Source: a virus (lineage: Duplodnaviria; Heunggongvirae; Uroviricota; Caudoviricetes). Taken from it: a DNA stretch of 64,000 nt. Below are positions 31,705-41,509 of the stretch, piece by piece. The stretch lies in IMG/VR virus record IMGVR_UViG_2585427970_000001; one strand, 5' to 3'. Below the pieces are notes generated by a model. That model made no database searches and was not told the DNA's origin. It saw only the letters and a program-made list of their open reading frames with translations. The position numbers were made by a program, and so were the translations under genes. The first letter of the stretch is position 1; the number at the start of each line of letters is the position of its first letter.

Positions 31705-32520
31705 TTAGCCGAGGCGCTTACGGCGCAGTTTCATTGACTTTTTGCGGGCCAGTTTTGCCGCGCCGGTCTGGGCTTTACGACGCGCTTTTTTCAGCGCCGA
31801 TTTTTGAGCCGCAGTCAGACGTTTTTTACGCAGGCGTTTACGGATGAGTTTGATCTCACCGTTACGAACTACCTTCTTAAATGCTTCAGTCAGCATTTCA
31901 TCAGAAGTGCCAGCAACAACAAACGCCGCTTCCAGTTCGTCACGGTCGTCGCTATCTAAACCAGCGATAGAGGCACCAACATCAGCGGCTGCGTCGTCGT
32001 CTTCATCGTCAGCCAGTGCTTCGATCAGGTCATCATCTACACCGCATGCTGCGAGGAAGTCAGCAACATTTGCCCATGCTTCGTTATAGGCATCGTCCTG
32101 TTCTTCTGTAACTTCGGAGTCGTCGTCATCAGAGATACCAGCGATAGCCTGAACGAAACCATCAAGGGAGTCGAAAGTCAGATCACCGCTATCAGCCCAG
32201 GCAAAAACGGCGTCGGCCGCATCACTCAACGCATTCTGCATAGCACTTCGATTTGCAGCTTCCAGAATCATCTGGTGCGCCTGTTCGACGGTCCATTCTT
32301 TACCGTCTTTCCCTTCCAGGATTTGCTCAGGAGCCGGGGCAGATGGAACGTTATCGTTAGTCTGTGCCGCCGGTTCCGGATTATTATTAATAACCGGATC
32401 TGTTGGCGGTTCGGCGCTTGCTCGGGCAGACTCCATCAGCTGCACAGGATCAGAGTTCAAAGCGAAACGGGACAGTCCATTCCCCAAAAATGCCCCGGAT
32501 TGAAAAAAGTTTTTGCTCAT
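31705..32520 (-). CDS. Acidic protein with strongly basic C-terminal tail
   Basis: 271 aa; Asp/Glu-rich centre; C-terminus KLIRKRLRKKRL..RKKSMKLRRKRLG. Confidence 0.35.
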   Translation of the reverse strand: MSKNFFQSGAFLGNGLSRFALNSDPVQLMESARASAEPPTDPVINNNPEPAAQTNDNVPSAPAPEQILEGKDGKEWTVEQAHQMILEAANRSAMQNALSDAADAVFAWADSGDLTFDSLDGFVQAIAGISDDDDSEVTEEQDDAYNEAWANVADFLAACGVDDDLIEALADDEDDDAAADVGASIAGLDSDDRDELEAAFVVAGTSDEMLTEAFKKVVRNGEIKLIRKRLRKKRLTAAQKSALKKARRKAQTGAAKLARKKSMKLRRKRLG

Positions 32521-32529
32521 TGTATTCCC

Positions 32530-34119
32530 TTACTTAATAAGCAGCGGTACGCCCTGGATACGACGGGCTACGCCAGTCGGGCAGCAGGCCCAGACTACTT
32601 CCCATTTATCGAATTCCGCCTGCGTAACTTTCAGCACATACGGTTCTGTACCGTCAGCATCAGGATCACGAGGAGCCACCAGAGCGCCGGAGGCGACAAA
32701 GCGATCCAAAAGTTTGGTCATCCCTTTAGTCAGACCAGCGGCAGTAATACCGTCAGGGCTATGCTTCATCTGGCGGGCTAACTGGACAAAGAAACGGCTG
32801 ATTGCATTCATCAGGGATGGGACGTGCTGGAAGTGCAGATAGTTATCCTGCGTGCAGCAAGTTAAAGCATCGTCGATGATCATCTGGCCAGAGGTGCCAA
32901 CAGATACTTTATTGAGGCGGCCCTTAACCATTGCTTCTTCGTCCGGGGTATCTTCCGGATACAGCGGTTGAATTGACGCACGAGCAATGACGGCACGTTC
33001 TTCACCAGCCGGTGAGTAATGCCAACCGCCGACATCAGAGTTTTTCTTGACGCCACGAGCTTTCGCCGCATACGCCGCGCCAGACAGACCGAAGACCACA
33101 CGGGATTGGGTCCATTTGTCTTTGCAGGAGAACGGGAAGTGATAGACAGCACAGCTTACATAATCGGTACCAAGTAAACCGGTATCTTCAACAGCAGAGA
33201 GCGCTTCCGTATACGTCAATGTCGGTTTGACATCAAAGAAGCCATCAATCAGGCGATCAGAACAGATATTACCTAACGCGGTGATCGCCGCATTGTCATA
33301 GCAACCCAGGCCGAGAACAGCGGTGTACATGTACGGCGCATTGTTCAGCACCTTAACCGCACGCAGGTAGGCTTCGGTGGAGATTTTCGACTGATCGCCG
33401 TTGGTACCGCCAGTGAACGCCAGTGATTTTTTATTTGTTACTTTCGCGGTCGAAATCAGCTCTTCATTAACAACCGCACGCAGATATTTAGAACGGGCTT
33501 CCAGAGCCGTAGGCAGATAACACAAGCGGCCCATGTCATCTTTCGCTTCTTCCGCCAAAGACACAGTGTGTGTCTCCAGGGTCGTTACCACACCGAGCGA
33601 AGTCGTCTGGGTCAGTTTCAGGAGGAAGCGTTCATTACCTGCGCTGTCCGCTGTTGCCGTTTCGATGGTTAACTCACGGGTAGGTGAAATACACGGATCA
33701 CCATCATCAACGTAGATAGCAAAGGCTTCGCCGCTATCAAGTTCAATTTCAGAACCGTATGGCAACGCACTGTAAGCCGGTTCGCCTGATTCATCGAACA
33801 TAATAATCGGGAACTTCGCATCATCCGGAACAGCACGGACAACATAACCAGACGTTTGCTGAATAGCTTCGTATACATGGCGAATTGGTTCGAACTGTGA
33901 GCCGGAAGACGGCTTCAGCGGTTCGCCGAGAACATCTTCGTAATTGGACTCAGTAACCGCAAGAACAGTAAACGGCTTGCCACGCGCAAATACGCCAATA
34001 CCAGCCCACAAGCTGCTATTTAATGCAACACCGGTAGATAACGTCGCATCGGCATTGATCGGGCTAACCGCGACGCCGGATGCATTGCCTAATGACTGTT
34101 GAATTGAATATTGAGACAT
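32530..34119 (-). CDS. Tail sheath protein (gene 22-like)
   Basis: 529 aa; position before major capsid gene and par locus as in P1. Confidence 0.5.
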   Translation of the reverse strand: MSQYSIQQSLGNASGVAVSPINADATLSTGVALNSSLWAGIGVFARGKPFTVLAVTESNYEDVLGEPLKPSSGSQFEPIRHVYEAIQQTSGYVVRAVPDDAKFPIIMFDESGEPAYSALPYGSEIELDSGEAFAIYVDDGDPCISPTRELTIETATADSAGNERFLLKLTQTTSLGVVTTLETHTVSLAEEAKDDMGRLCYLPTALEARSKYLRAVVNEELISTAKVTNKKSLAFTGGTNGDQSKISTEAYLRAVKVLNNAPYMYTAVLGLGCYDNAAITALGNICSDRLIDGFFDVKPTLTYTEALSAVEDTGLLGTDYVSCAVYHFPFSCKDKWTQSRVVFGLSGAAYAAKARGVKKNSDVGGWHYSPAGEERAVIARASIQPLYPEDTPDEEAMVKGRLNKVSVGTSGQMIIDDALTCCTQDNYLHFQHVPSLMNAISRFFVQLARQMKHSPDGITAAGLTKGMTKLLDRFVASGALVAPRDPDADGTEPYVLKVTQAEFDKWEVVWACCPTGVARRIQGVPLLIK

Positions 34120-34134
34120 AACTTTCCCTGTTAT

Positions 34135-34153
34135 GCGCCCCGCACGGGGGCGC
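34135..34153 (-). other. Intercistronic GC-rich hairpin between capsid and sheath genes
   Basis: gcgcccc-gcac-gggggcgc. Confidence 0.3.
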
Positions 34154-34179
34154 TATGTTAAACGGAGAACTTCCCCTGA

Positions 34180-35907
34180 TTACTCAGAGTCACCGGCATC
34201 AATCGTGTCGCCGCTTATGAAGTTAAGCCCGCCTTTTTTGGCCATTGTCAGCGTTACACGAGTGAAGTAATCAGCGCCGTTGCGTGGGTGCATATCGTTG
34301 ATAGCCGAACCCCACAGCGTGGTACGGTTGACCAGCGCCGGAGTGGTCGGATGCTGGAACGGGATGGCCGGGACAGCATCACCAGTCACGAAGCCTGCTT
34401 TACCCGGATTTTCATCACGGACGTAGCACAGCACATCCATCGAGCTGAACTGAATGTTCTCTGTCGTTAAGTTCTTACAAATACCAGCAGGTACTTCGTA
34501 CACTTTCACGTTACCGAACAGGGTACCGATGTAGTGAACATACGGAGTCTGGATATAGTCTTCGGCTGGCTGGAAGAAATCCTTCGGCAACTGTTTGAAG
34601 AAAGATGCTGCATCAGCACCAGCAAACATCCCCATCGCACCAGAAGATTTAACGCGCTCAATAATGTCGCGATATACAGTCTGGAATTTGCCACGAATGA
34701 TGGTTGCCCATACATCAAAGGACTGGTTAACCGGCAGAGCGATGTCAAAGGTGTCGGCCGCAAGAGTGCGCCAGATCATGATGCGAAGACGCAGCATATC
34801 CTGTTCATGAGACAGGTATTCCTTCAGGGTGCGGAACTGTAGGGAACCCAGGTCCAGACCAAATTCACGCTGTGCTTCATACGCCGCCTGTACCGTGTGC
34901 TCAGCCGCGATAACGAACTGACTTGGGAACAGGGTGTATTTCTTCATTTCGTGGTTGATCAGCGGGATCAGCTCAGGAGCGGCTTCAATATTGATTTCCG
35001 TCTCAATTGCGATCTCAGTGCCTTTATCCGGCGCTTTGGAGAACGACAGGGCAATCTGACCAATGTTGTAGTTCAGAGAGCAGGTAACAGTGATTTGCTC
35101 ACCAGCAGCATTAGTAAACGAGTGAAGTAGGCTGCCGGAACCGTTATCAACAACAGACTTAATACGGTTAACGTAGATGTTAGTGCGACCTTTTCGGATT
35201 GGTACATTCTGGCCTTCGAAGTCTTCCATCTTGAAGGTTGCGGTTTTGCTGGTGCCATCGGAGCTTGCCACCAGCACATAGCGGCGGCGTAACTGGCTGT
35301 ACACACCGACGGATTGCATGTCCAGAACATCACCAGCAGCATAAGAACCAAAAGAGGAACCTGCCACGTTAAAGACTTCATAGATGTCGGACTGGTCACG
35401 CGTAACCGGAATGAAGGTACACGCATCAGCGGTAGCTGCCCCCAACTGAACAGGCAGGATCATCGCGAGGAATAAAGGCAGACGCATAACACCGTCAGAA
35501 ACGCTCATCATCTCTGCTGCGACGGATTCCAGCATCGCTTTATTAGTGGCATCCATGCTATTGCGGGTGGACTCAATCAGGCAGTTTTCCAGCGTCTGGT
35601 GGCAGGAGGCCAGAATTTCCGGACGCGGCATAGATTTATGTGCTGCGGCGTAGTCAGCCAGTGCACTTGCCCACGCTGTAGCGATTTGAGCGGTGGCATT
35701 ATCAGAGATACCCGCAAAAACCGGATCTTTACGTGCAGCTTCAAGGATAGATGCGGCACGCGCGGCATCATCTTTAATGAATTGGTTATCAGTACCGAAC
35801 TGCGCAGTGCTTGCCCAGCCAAGCACAGCTTTAGAGCGTTTTGCGATATCTGCAATACGATTCTGGTATTCGCGTAAGTTACTCAATTTACTCTTCCTTA
35901 AACACAA
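34180..35907 (-). CDS. Major capsid protein (gene 23-like)
   Basis: 575 aa; adjacent to parS as in P1. Confidence 0.5.
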   Translation of the reverse strand: MCLRKSKLSNLREYQNRIADIAKRSKAVLGWASTAQFGTDNQFIKDDAARAASILEAARKDPVFAGISDNATAQIATAWASALADYAAAHKSMPRPEILASCHQTLENCLIESTRNSMDATNKAMLESVAAEMMSVSDGVMRLPLFLAMILPVQLGAATADACTFIPVTRDQSDIYEVFNVAGSSFGSYAAGDVLDMQSVGVYSQLRRRYVLVASSDGTSKTATFKMEDFEGQNVPIRKGRTNIYVNRIKSVVDNGSGSLLHSFTNAAGEQITVTCSLNYNIGQIALSFSKAPDKGTEIAIETEINIEAAPELIPLINHEMKKYTLFPSQFVIAAEHTVQAAYEAQREFGLDLGSLQFRTLKEYLSHEQDMLRLRIMIWRTLAADTFDIALPVNQSFDVWATIIRGKFQTVYRDIIERVKSSGAMGMFAGADAASFFKQLPKDFFQPAEDYIQTPYVHYIGTLFGNVKVYEVPAGICKNLTTENIQFSSMDVLCYVRDENPGKAGFVTGDAVPAIPFQHPTTPALVNRTTLWGSAINDMHPRNGADYFTRVTLTMAKKGGLNFISGDTIDAGDSE

Positions 35908-35939
35908 GGCACTTGTGTGAATCCCTTTTCGGAAGAGAT

Positions 35940-36120
35940 TTTATTGAAAGTCACTTGTTGACTTTCTCGCTAAAAGTAATTTTTTAAATTTTTTGTGCGG
36001 GGGAGGGGGGCAAGTAAAACAGGCGTGAAACCGTGGGAATTTCAGTCTGAAATTTTTCATGAATATCTATATATATCATATATTTATACATGAAATAGAC
36101 GCGGGGCATTTTAGACAGGG
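35940..36120. promoter_or_regulatory. parS-like centromere region
   Basis: Directly downstream of parB; heptamer-like ATTTCA/TGAAAT motifs around an AT-rich core; palindrome gaaagtca-cttgt-tgactttc. Confidence 0.35.
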
Positions 36121-36152
36121 GAGGGGGCTAAAGCCGCCTCCCACCAGCGGGA

Positions 36153-37118
36153 TTATTCCCCAGCAGACATTTTCCCAATGATTTTTTTTATTGCTTCGTC
36201 AATTTCAGTTTGCACTTCAGACGGGAGTCTGGAGAACTCGTAGGCGACAACCCGTTTTTTCGGATCGGACTTCTTTCGGGCATATTGGCGACGGTCAGAG
36301 AAGTCTCGCAGCTTCTCAACCACCACAGATTTAACCGGCGCGGGCTTCAGGCTTTTGCTTTCCGCTTTGAAGATAGCCAGTATCTTCGCTTTATCCTCTT
36401 TCGCGCCCTCAGTCTCTGCAATTCGTTCGCGCACCGTATCAACCAGCTCTTCAATCGGCACGCTTTTAGCGTTAGCATCCTCGGCGATCTGGAGCAGTAA
36501 CTGGTAATCTGGAAGGGCGAGATCGCTGGCTACGGGGAAGACAGCAATCATCTCATCCGGCACCGCGGCAGCTTGGAAAGCTCGCGTCACTTTAGCCTTT
36601 GAGATGTTCTCAGCTCGGGCGATCTCTTCTTTGGTCATATTCTTACCGTACATAACCTCGAAGCGTTTACCCAGCTCGCGCAGAGTATGTTCACGGGCTG
36701 TCTGGATATCAATGGCCAGCTGGCGGGCATCCGCCAGGCTGATCTCATCTTTCGTCACCAGAATCTCAAATTTCGTTTCATTGAAGATACACGCAGCACG
36801 GCGACGCGATCCGTCCAATACCTCAATGCGCTCCCCAACCATACGACCGATAGCCGGGAAGAACTGTTGCAATTTAATGGTGCGGGAAATATCGCTTACC
36901 GACTCAGGGGTGAGCAGAGACTGATCGCGGCCGTTAACTGCCGGGTCAACGAACGTGCGCGACTCAATCTCACCACTCAGCACGACGGTAAGCAAGAATT
37001 TAGCCTGGCGGCCAGATTTTAGGGTAAAGGTTTTGGTGCCTTCACTGCCTTCAAGCATGCGAGCAAACTCGGAGCTATTCTTGCCCAGCACTCGTCCACG
37101 GGAAACTATTTTTTTCAT
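36153..37118 (-). CDS. parB: Partition protein ParB
   Basis: 321 aa; ..GRQA.F..FVD..NGRDQ..LTP.S...I..TIK.QQF.PAIG..ILDGSRRR.. pattern matches P1 ParB. Confidence 0.85.
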   Translation of the reverse strand: MKKIVSRGRVLGKNSSEFARMLEGSEGTKTFTLKSGRQAKFLLTVVLSGEIESRTFVDPAVNGRDQSLLTPESVSDISRTIKLQQFFPAIGRMVGERIEVLDGSRRRAACIFNETKFEILVTKDEISLADARQLAIDIQTAREHTLRELGKRFEVMYGKNMTKEEIARAENISKAKVTRAFQAAAVPDEMIAVFPVASDLALPDYQLLLQIAEDANAKSVPIEELVDTVRERIAETEGAKEDKAKILAIFKAESKSLKPAPVKSVVVEKLRDFSDRRQYARKKSDPKKRVVAYEFSRLPSEVQTEIDEAIKKIIGKMSAGE

Positions 37119-38326
37119 GCCGCCTCACCCCTAACAAACTCAATTCGATCAAACACAGCCTTAGTGAAACGCTCGGCCTCGGTTCGTGCCTTCTTCAGCG
37201 CCTCTGCACTGCCTGGATACGATTGCGGGTTGGCACTGATTACGGTGTCGAAAGACTCGCCGCATCGCTCAAAGCCATCCAGACGAGGCAGAGAAGAGTC
37301 CAGAATGTTGCTGGCGTAAACCTCACGCGCAAGGCTGTGTGATGTCTCGTGATCGCGCTTGCCGGTCATCTTCGACATAAAACCAATGCTGGCGCTCAAA
37401 CGCGGTTCTACGCCTTCCTCCTCCAGTTGCTCCAGCATTTCTGGCAGACGGGTGAGATATTTCAGTGTTGAGTGGAAGTCAACCTGGGCTGGTGGGGTAG
37501 GGGTAAGCAGCAAATCGCTGGCCGCCAGACCGTTGAGCAGGAACGGATCCAGGTGTGGACCGGTATCAATAAAGATAAAGTCATAATCATCCGCAACACG
37601 ATCAATGATATTGCGTCGAAGGATTTCGTACTGATTTTGTCCGGGAAGATGCTCTTCAACCAGCTCTTTCCATTGGCTGGCAACAAAGCCATCGTCGATA
37701 GAGGCTGGAATCACGTCTACGCCAGGAACGATGGTCGGACGAATCACCTCTTTGCGTAGCGTCTCCGCGTCCAGGTCGTTCAGCATCGCCTGCGCGGCGG
37801 TTTCCAGGATGGAACCAATACTGTGAGTATGGTCGAGGAACATTGTGCTGGATGCCTGAGGGTCAAGGTCAATTACCAGAATGCGCAGATCGTGACGCAG
37901 TAAATCCTGATGCACACGCAGAGCGTGCGCCAACGTGACTGTGGAAACCGTTTTGGATACGCCACCCTTCAGGTTTACGACAAAAATAACGTAAGGCGAT
38001 TTGTGAATGTCGCGATATTTGGGGATCTTACGGTGGGCATAGATATCAATGACGTTCTGGATGGTCAGCGCGTACTGTTCAACGTTACCGACCTGTTTCT
38101 TGTTGAACTGGTACCCATCATCTTCCATCTCTTTGATGGCCTGTTCCACAATGCGGCGGCTCAGCTTCGGCAACTTTGCCACAGCGTTACGAGTGAACGT
38201 CTGATAATACTCGGTCTGATTGAACTCTTTGCGCTGATCTTCAATATCCTGACTCATGGCCTTAAGTAATGCGCTTGCACGAAGAGCTATGGTGCCGACA
38301 CCGCCGTAATCGCGTTTCATCATCAT
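37115..38326 (-). CDS. parA: Partition ATPase ParA
   Basis: 403 aa; KGGVSKTVSTV Walker A; ..DLDPQ.S.TMF..; C-terminus FDRIEF matches P1/P7 ParA. Confidence 0.85.
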   Translation of the reverse strand: MMMKRDYGGVGTIALRASALLKAMSQDIEDQRKEFNQTEYYQTFTRNAVAKLPKLSRRIVEQAIKEMEDDGYQFNKKQVGNVEQYALTIQNVIDIYAHRKIPKYRDIHKSPYVIFVVNLKGGVSKTVSTVTLAHALRVHQDLLRHDLRILVIDLDPQASSTMFLDHTHSIGSILETAAQAMLNDLDAETLRKEVIRPTIVPGVDVIPASIDDGFVASQWKELVEEHLPGQNQYEILRRNIIDRVADDYDFIFIDTGPHLDPFLLNGLAASDLLLTPTPPAQVDFHSTLKYLTRLPEMLEQLEEEGVEPRLSASIGFMSKMTGKRDHETSHSLAREVYASNILDSSLPRLDGFERCGESFDTVISANPQSYPGSAEALKKARTEAERFTKAVFDRIEFVRGEAA

Positions 38327-38435
38327 CTCCTTATCATTTCGTATGAGTGAATTGTACGTTTGATTCTGCTATGTGCAACTTTTTTTGATTCGTGCGTCAA
38401 TTATTGCACGTAAAGAAATGGCGATGAGGCTATTA

Positions 38436-38658
38436 GATGTGTGCTGGAGGGATGATGCAGGACCAGAATGTGCGATAGAGGGAAGTCGCATTGAATTATG
38501 TGCTGTGGAGGGATCGCTGGTATCAAATATGTGTGCTGGAGGGAAAGTCTGGGCAAACTGCGGGGCGTCCCCCTCCAGCGCACATCAAAAACAGGAAATT
38601 GGACAAGCCTTCCCGGCAGCACACATTTTTTTAATGCAGCTTCCCTCCAGCACACACT
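38436..38658. repeat. incA-type iterons (RepA binding repeats)
   Basis: About seven 19-bp GATGTGTGCTGGAGGGAAA-like repeats in both orientations. Confidence 0.7.
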
Positions 38659-39518
38659 TATTCTGGGAGTTTCAGCTTTGGATTGCGAGAATGGACGATT
38701 ACAAAACTTTCCCGGCCTTTCTTCTCAATTGAACAGTCGAGATAGCCGATTGTTTTAAGCTGTTCTATCGCTTTCTTAATGATACGGTTTTGCTCGCCAA
38801 CAGCTGACTGCAAAGCCAGGCGCTCACGGATTCGGGCGAAAGATAGCGGCAACGGATTCTGCGGAAGGCTTTCGATGAAAGTGTAAATGGCTTGTGCAGC
38901 TTCTTTCTTCGGAAGGGCACGCAAGGCGTGGTGTTGCAACAGAACGCGATAATCAAGCTGGAACAGCTCCCACAGCTTCGAATCAGCCTCCAGCTCTATC
39001 AGATCAAGGTCAGCATCAAAACGACCGACCTTTAGCAGACCAGTCTGATAGCCGCCTTTAGCATCTTTTCCGCGCTTAAAAGCGATACCCTTGTTACGCA
39101 AGCGTCCAAGTGATTCATGAATGGTTAAACGCAGTTTCGCATCCAGACGTTTTGAGGGGAAACCACAGGCTTTAGCGAATTCCTGAAACGATAACTGGAT
39201 GGTGTTTGAGGACAAGCCGTATTTGCTGAACGCGTAGATGACACCGATCCACGTTTTGAAATCAGTATCCATATCGAGTCGAGGACCGGTGATTTTAATA
39301 TCATCGTAACCCTCGGCTTTAGCTATCTCCAGCTGGGAAAACGCTTTGGTGGCATCAATCTCTTTACTTTCTCCTTTGCTCTTTGATGGCTTCGGAACGA
39401 ATACCCCCAAGCGCATCAGCGCTACAGGCTGCACAGTGTTGTTTGAATTAACTGTTAGTTCTTTTGCCTTACTTTCAATGTCTGCGTAAAGAATATCGGA
39501 GATAAATGATTGATTCAT
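38658..39518 (-). CDS. repA: Plasmid replication initiator RepA
   Basis: 286 aa; flanked by iteron arrays on both sides. Confidence 0.85.
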   Translation of the reverse strand: MNQSFISDILYADIESKAKELTVNSNNTVQPVALMRLGVFVPKPSKSKGESKEIDATKAFSQLEIAKAEGYDDIKITGPRLDMDTDFKTWIGVIYAFSKYGLSSNTIQLSFQEFAKACGFPSKRLDAKLRLTIHESLGRLRNKGIAFKRGKDAKGGYQTGLLKVGRFDADLDLIELEADSKLWELFQLDYRVLLQHHALRALPKKEAAQAIYTFIESLPQNPLPLSFARIRERLALQSAVGEQNRIIKKAIEQLKTIGYLDCSIEKKGRESFVIVHSRNPKLKLPE

Positions 39519-39565
39519 ATTACTTTTTCCGAATTATGTGGATAGTTTTTATAAGTGGTGATAAC

Positions 39566-39669
39566 TACCCAGGCTTTCCCGTCAGCACACATCCTATATC
39601 CCGCCAGCACACATTAGCAACCCGTCAGCACACATTTTTATCCCTCCAGCACACATCGGTTTCCCTCCA
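39566..39669. repeat. incC-type iterons (5 copies) over repA promoter
   Basis: Five tandem cccNcagcacacat repeats. Confidence 0.7.
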
Positions 39670-39699
39670 GCACACATCGCGATACACTTCTAAGCCAGA

Positions 39700-39800
39700 C
39701 GTGGCGCGGCCTGCAACGATCAGGGATCTATATGGATCTAATTGGGATCTGTATGGACCTAATTATTGGATCTACCCAGTGGATAATGTGGATAAGTGAA
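39700..39800. promoter_or_regulatory. oriR-type plasmid origin
   Basis: Five GATC-containing heptamers (39707-39766) followed by tandem DnaA-box-like agtggataa / tgtggataa. Confidence 0.6.
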
Positions 39801-39802
39801 AA

Positions 39803-39825
39803 ACCGGCCAACATAGCCGGTTGGA
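39803..39825 (-). terminator. Rho-independent terminator
   Basis: ccggcc..gccgg stem with T5 on minus strand after 39836 stop. Confidence 0.4.
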
Positions 39826-39835
39826 AGGAAGGGTA

Positions 39836-40228
39836 TTATTCTACGCTTTCGATAAGAAGACCATGTTCATAACATTTAAGCTCATCGCCTTCGTACAGGA
39901 ATTGGTATCCAATACCACCATTTTCATGGACATTAGGGAATAACTCATAACTCACTGAAGAGCAAATTACACCAATGCAGCGATCAACGCCTTCTCGTTC
40001 TTCAGTGCTGAAAAAATCCTCTTCGGTAAGGACATGAGTACATTGCTCATCAGCATAGGTCGGAAATACATGCTCGATGCAATCCGGGTGTTTTAAACCA
40101 AGCTGATCGGCAAGCTCGAAAGCATGACGGTATTGTTCAGATCCTGGCTTGCCAACAGTGATGTGCTCAATTTTGTAGATTGAAGTTGCTTTGTTGATAG
40201 TTTGCTTTACTGTTACTTTATCAGACAT
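39836..40228 (-). CDS. Hypothetical protein
   Basis: 130 aa ORF. Confidence 0.4.
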   Translation of the reverse strand: MSDKVTVKQTINKATSIYKIEHITVGKPGSEQYRHAFELADQLGLKHPDCIEHVFPTYADEQCTHVLTEEDFFSTEEREGVDRCIGVICSSVSYELFPNVHENGGIGYQFLYEGDELKCYEHGLLIESVE

Positions 40229-40239
40229 AAAAATCCCTT

Positions 40240-40572
40240 TTAGTTACCTCTGATAGCGCGGTTGTAATCATTAACGTTGCGATTCTTCCTGTTAATCCCC
40301 ATCAGCATCGTTTCTGTATCGAGGATATACGCTGGCAGATCATCAAAATATTCACTGCTAAACTCTGGCATCCTGCACATAAATGCACTTTTGGGGGCAG
40401 GGTGGTTAACCTTTGTCGGCGTCGGCGTTAAATTCGCTGATCGACTGCCGGAGCAACCGCTGAGTGTCAGCAGGAATGCGCTGGCGAACATTACCCGCCG
40501 CAACCAGTTGTTTCTGAACTTCAGCTTTTCGTTCCATTTGCCTGTCAGCATATTTGGCTTGTTCTGATTCAT
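40240..40572 (-). CDS. o-spanin-like lipoprotein overlapping the upstream gene
   Basis: Lipobox LLTLSGC; Pro/Thr-rich TPTPTKVNHPAP; probable start at internal Met (MFASAFLL) near 40491. Confidence 0.45.
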   Translation of the reverse strand: MNQNKPNMLTGKWNEKLKFRNNWLRRVMFASAFLLTLSGCSGSRSANLTPTPTKVNHPAPKSAFMCRMPEFSSEYFDDLPAYILDTETMLMGINRKNRNVNDYNRAIRGN

Positions 40573-40855
40573 TTTTCACTTCCTGGCTGTGAAAATGTTG
40601 CTCTGCTTTGTTCATCGTCTCAATGGTCTGGTTAAGATCCATTATTGACTTATCACGTTCCTTAACAGCCTGATCAAGACTGCCAATTTTCTCCATGGCT
40701 TGCTTTAGCTGATGACGTTCCCATGCAAACCCAGCACCAACAAGTGCGCAAATCAGAACAAGAACACCAGTAGCAGCAAGTTTCTCCTTCAAAGACAAAG
40801 CTGTTTTTAACGTAGAAAAGAATGACATGTCTTCCTCCTGAAGAAAAATTATCAA
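40406..40855 (-). CDS. i-spanin-like protein (N-terminal TM helix plus coiled coil)
   Basis: 149 aa; TM segment VLVLICALVGAGFAW then charged helical region; 3' end overlapped out of frame by lipoprotein gene. Confidence 0.45.
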   Translation of the reverse strand: MIIFLQEEDMSFFSTLKTALSLKEKLAATGVLVLICALVGAGFAWERHQLKQAMEKIGSLDQAVKERDKSIMDLNQTIETMNKAEQHFHSQEVKNESEQAKYADRQMERKAEVQKQLVAAGNVRQRIPADTQRLLRQSISEFNADADKG

Positions 40856-40867
40856 TGAAGTCCTTTG

Positions 40868-41404
40868 TTACTGTGCCGCTTTGTTTAATTCATCAAGAAC
40901 AGAAGCAGGAACCAAAGCGGCAACTGCGCTGGCTGTGCTGACCTTATTTGCTGATGCTTCCGCAAGCGCGGTACCGATAGCATGGTTATAAGCAGTTATG
41001 GCTACGTTGGCGCTTTCATTCGCTCGTTCATACTGCTGTTGTAACGCAGTTGTGGGCGCTGTTGTCTGGTTGAAAACAACCCCAAACTGTTCAGTTGCTA
41101 CTTTCAGAGATTCAATTTGCTCTTCTGTTAGTGCTGGTGGGGGAGTGGCAGTGCCGCCGCCTGAACCAGAGCCTGACGAGCTTCCTGAGCCAGTGTTAAG
41201 GGTCTGGTTAATCTCCCCCATAGCAGCGACTAAACTTGATGTATTAAGCGCGTTAACAGCGTCCTCAAGCGATTTAGTAATATTCACATCACCAATGGCA
41301 ATAGAGATCGGCAGTTCTGAAACTTCTCGCTCATTAGCACGGCAGTAAACATCCCAACCAATATCGAGTTGAAGCAGCATTGACAGATCTGCATAACCAG
41401 CCAA
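40868..41404 (-). CDS. Hypothetical protein; frame stays open upstream to IS boundary (possible 5' truncation)
   Basis: Track start is TTG at 41404; 21 further in-frame sense codons run to the IS629 end at 41468. Confidence 0.35.
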   Translation of the reverse strand: MAGYADLSMLLQLDIGWDVYCRANEREVSELPISIAIGDVNITKSLEDAVNALNTSSLVAAMGEINQTLNTGSGSSSGSGSGGGTATPPPALTEEQIESLKVATEQFGVVFNQTTAPTTALQQQYERANESANVAITAYNHAIGTALAEASANKVSTASAVAALVPASVLDELNKAAQ

Positions 41405-41509
41405 CAGGTCCGCGTGCTTAGTTGCCAGTTCTCCAATGTTCGTTAAGCCGGTTGTGGTTGTTCTGATTGAACCGCCCCGGGTTTCCTGGAGAGTGTTTTA
41501 TCTGTGAAC

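Noticed and set aside
38436-39669. Clusters of 19-bp repeats that could be mistaken for a CRISPR array
   Set aside because: Repeats occur in both orientations with irregular spacing and flank a repA gene; they are plasmid iterons (incA/incC type), and no cas genes are present.
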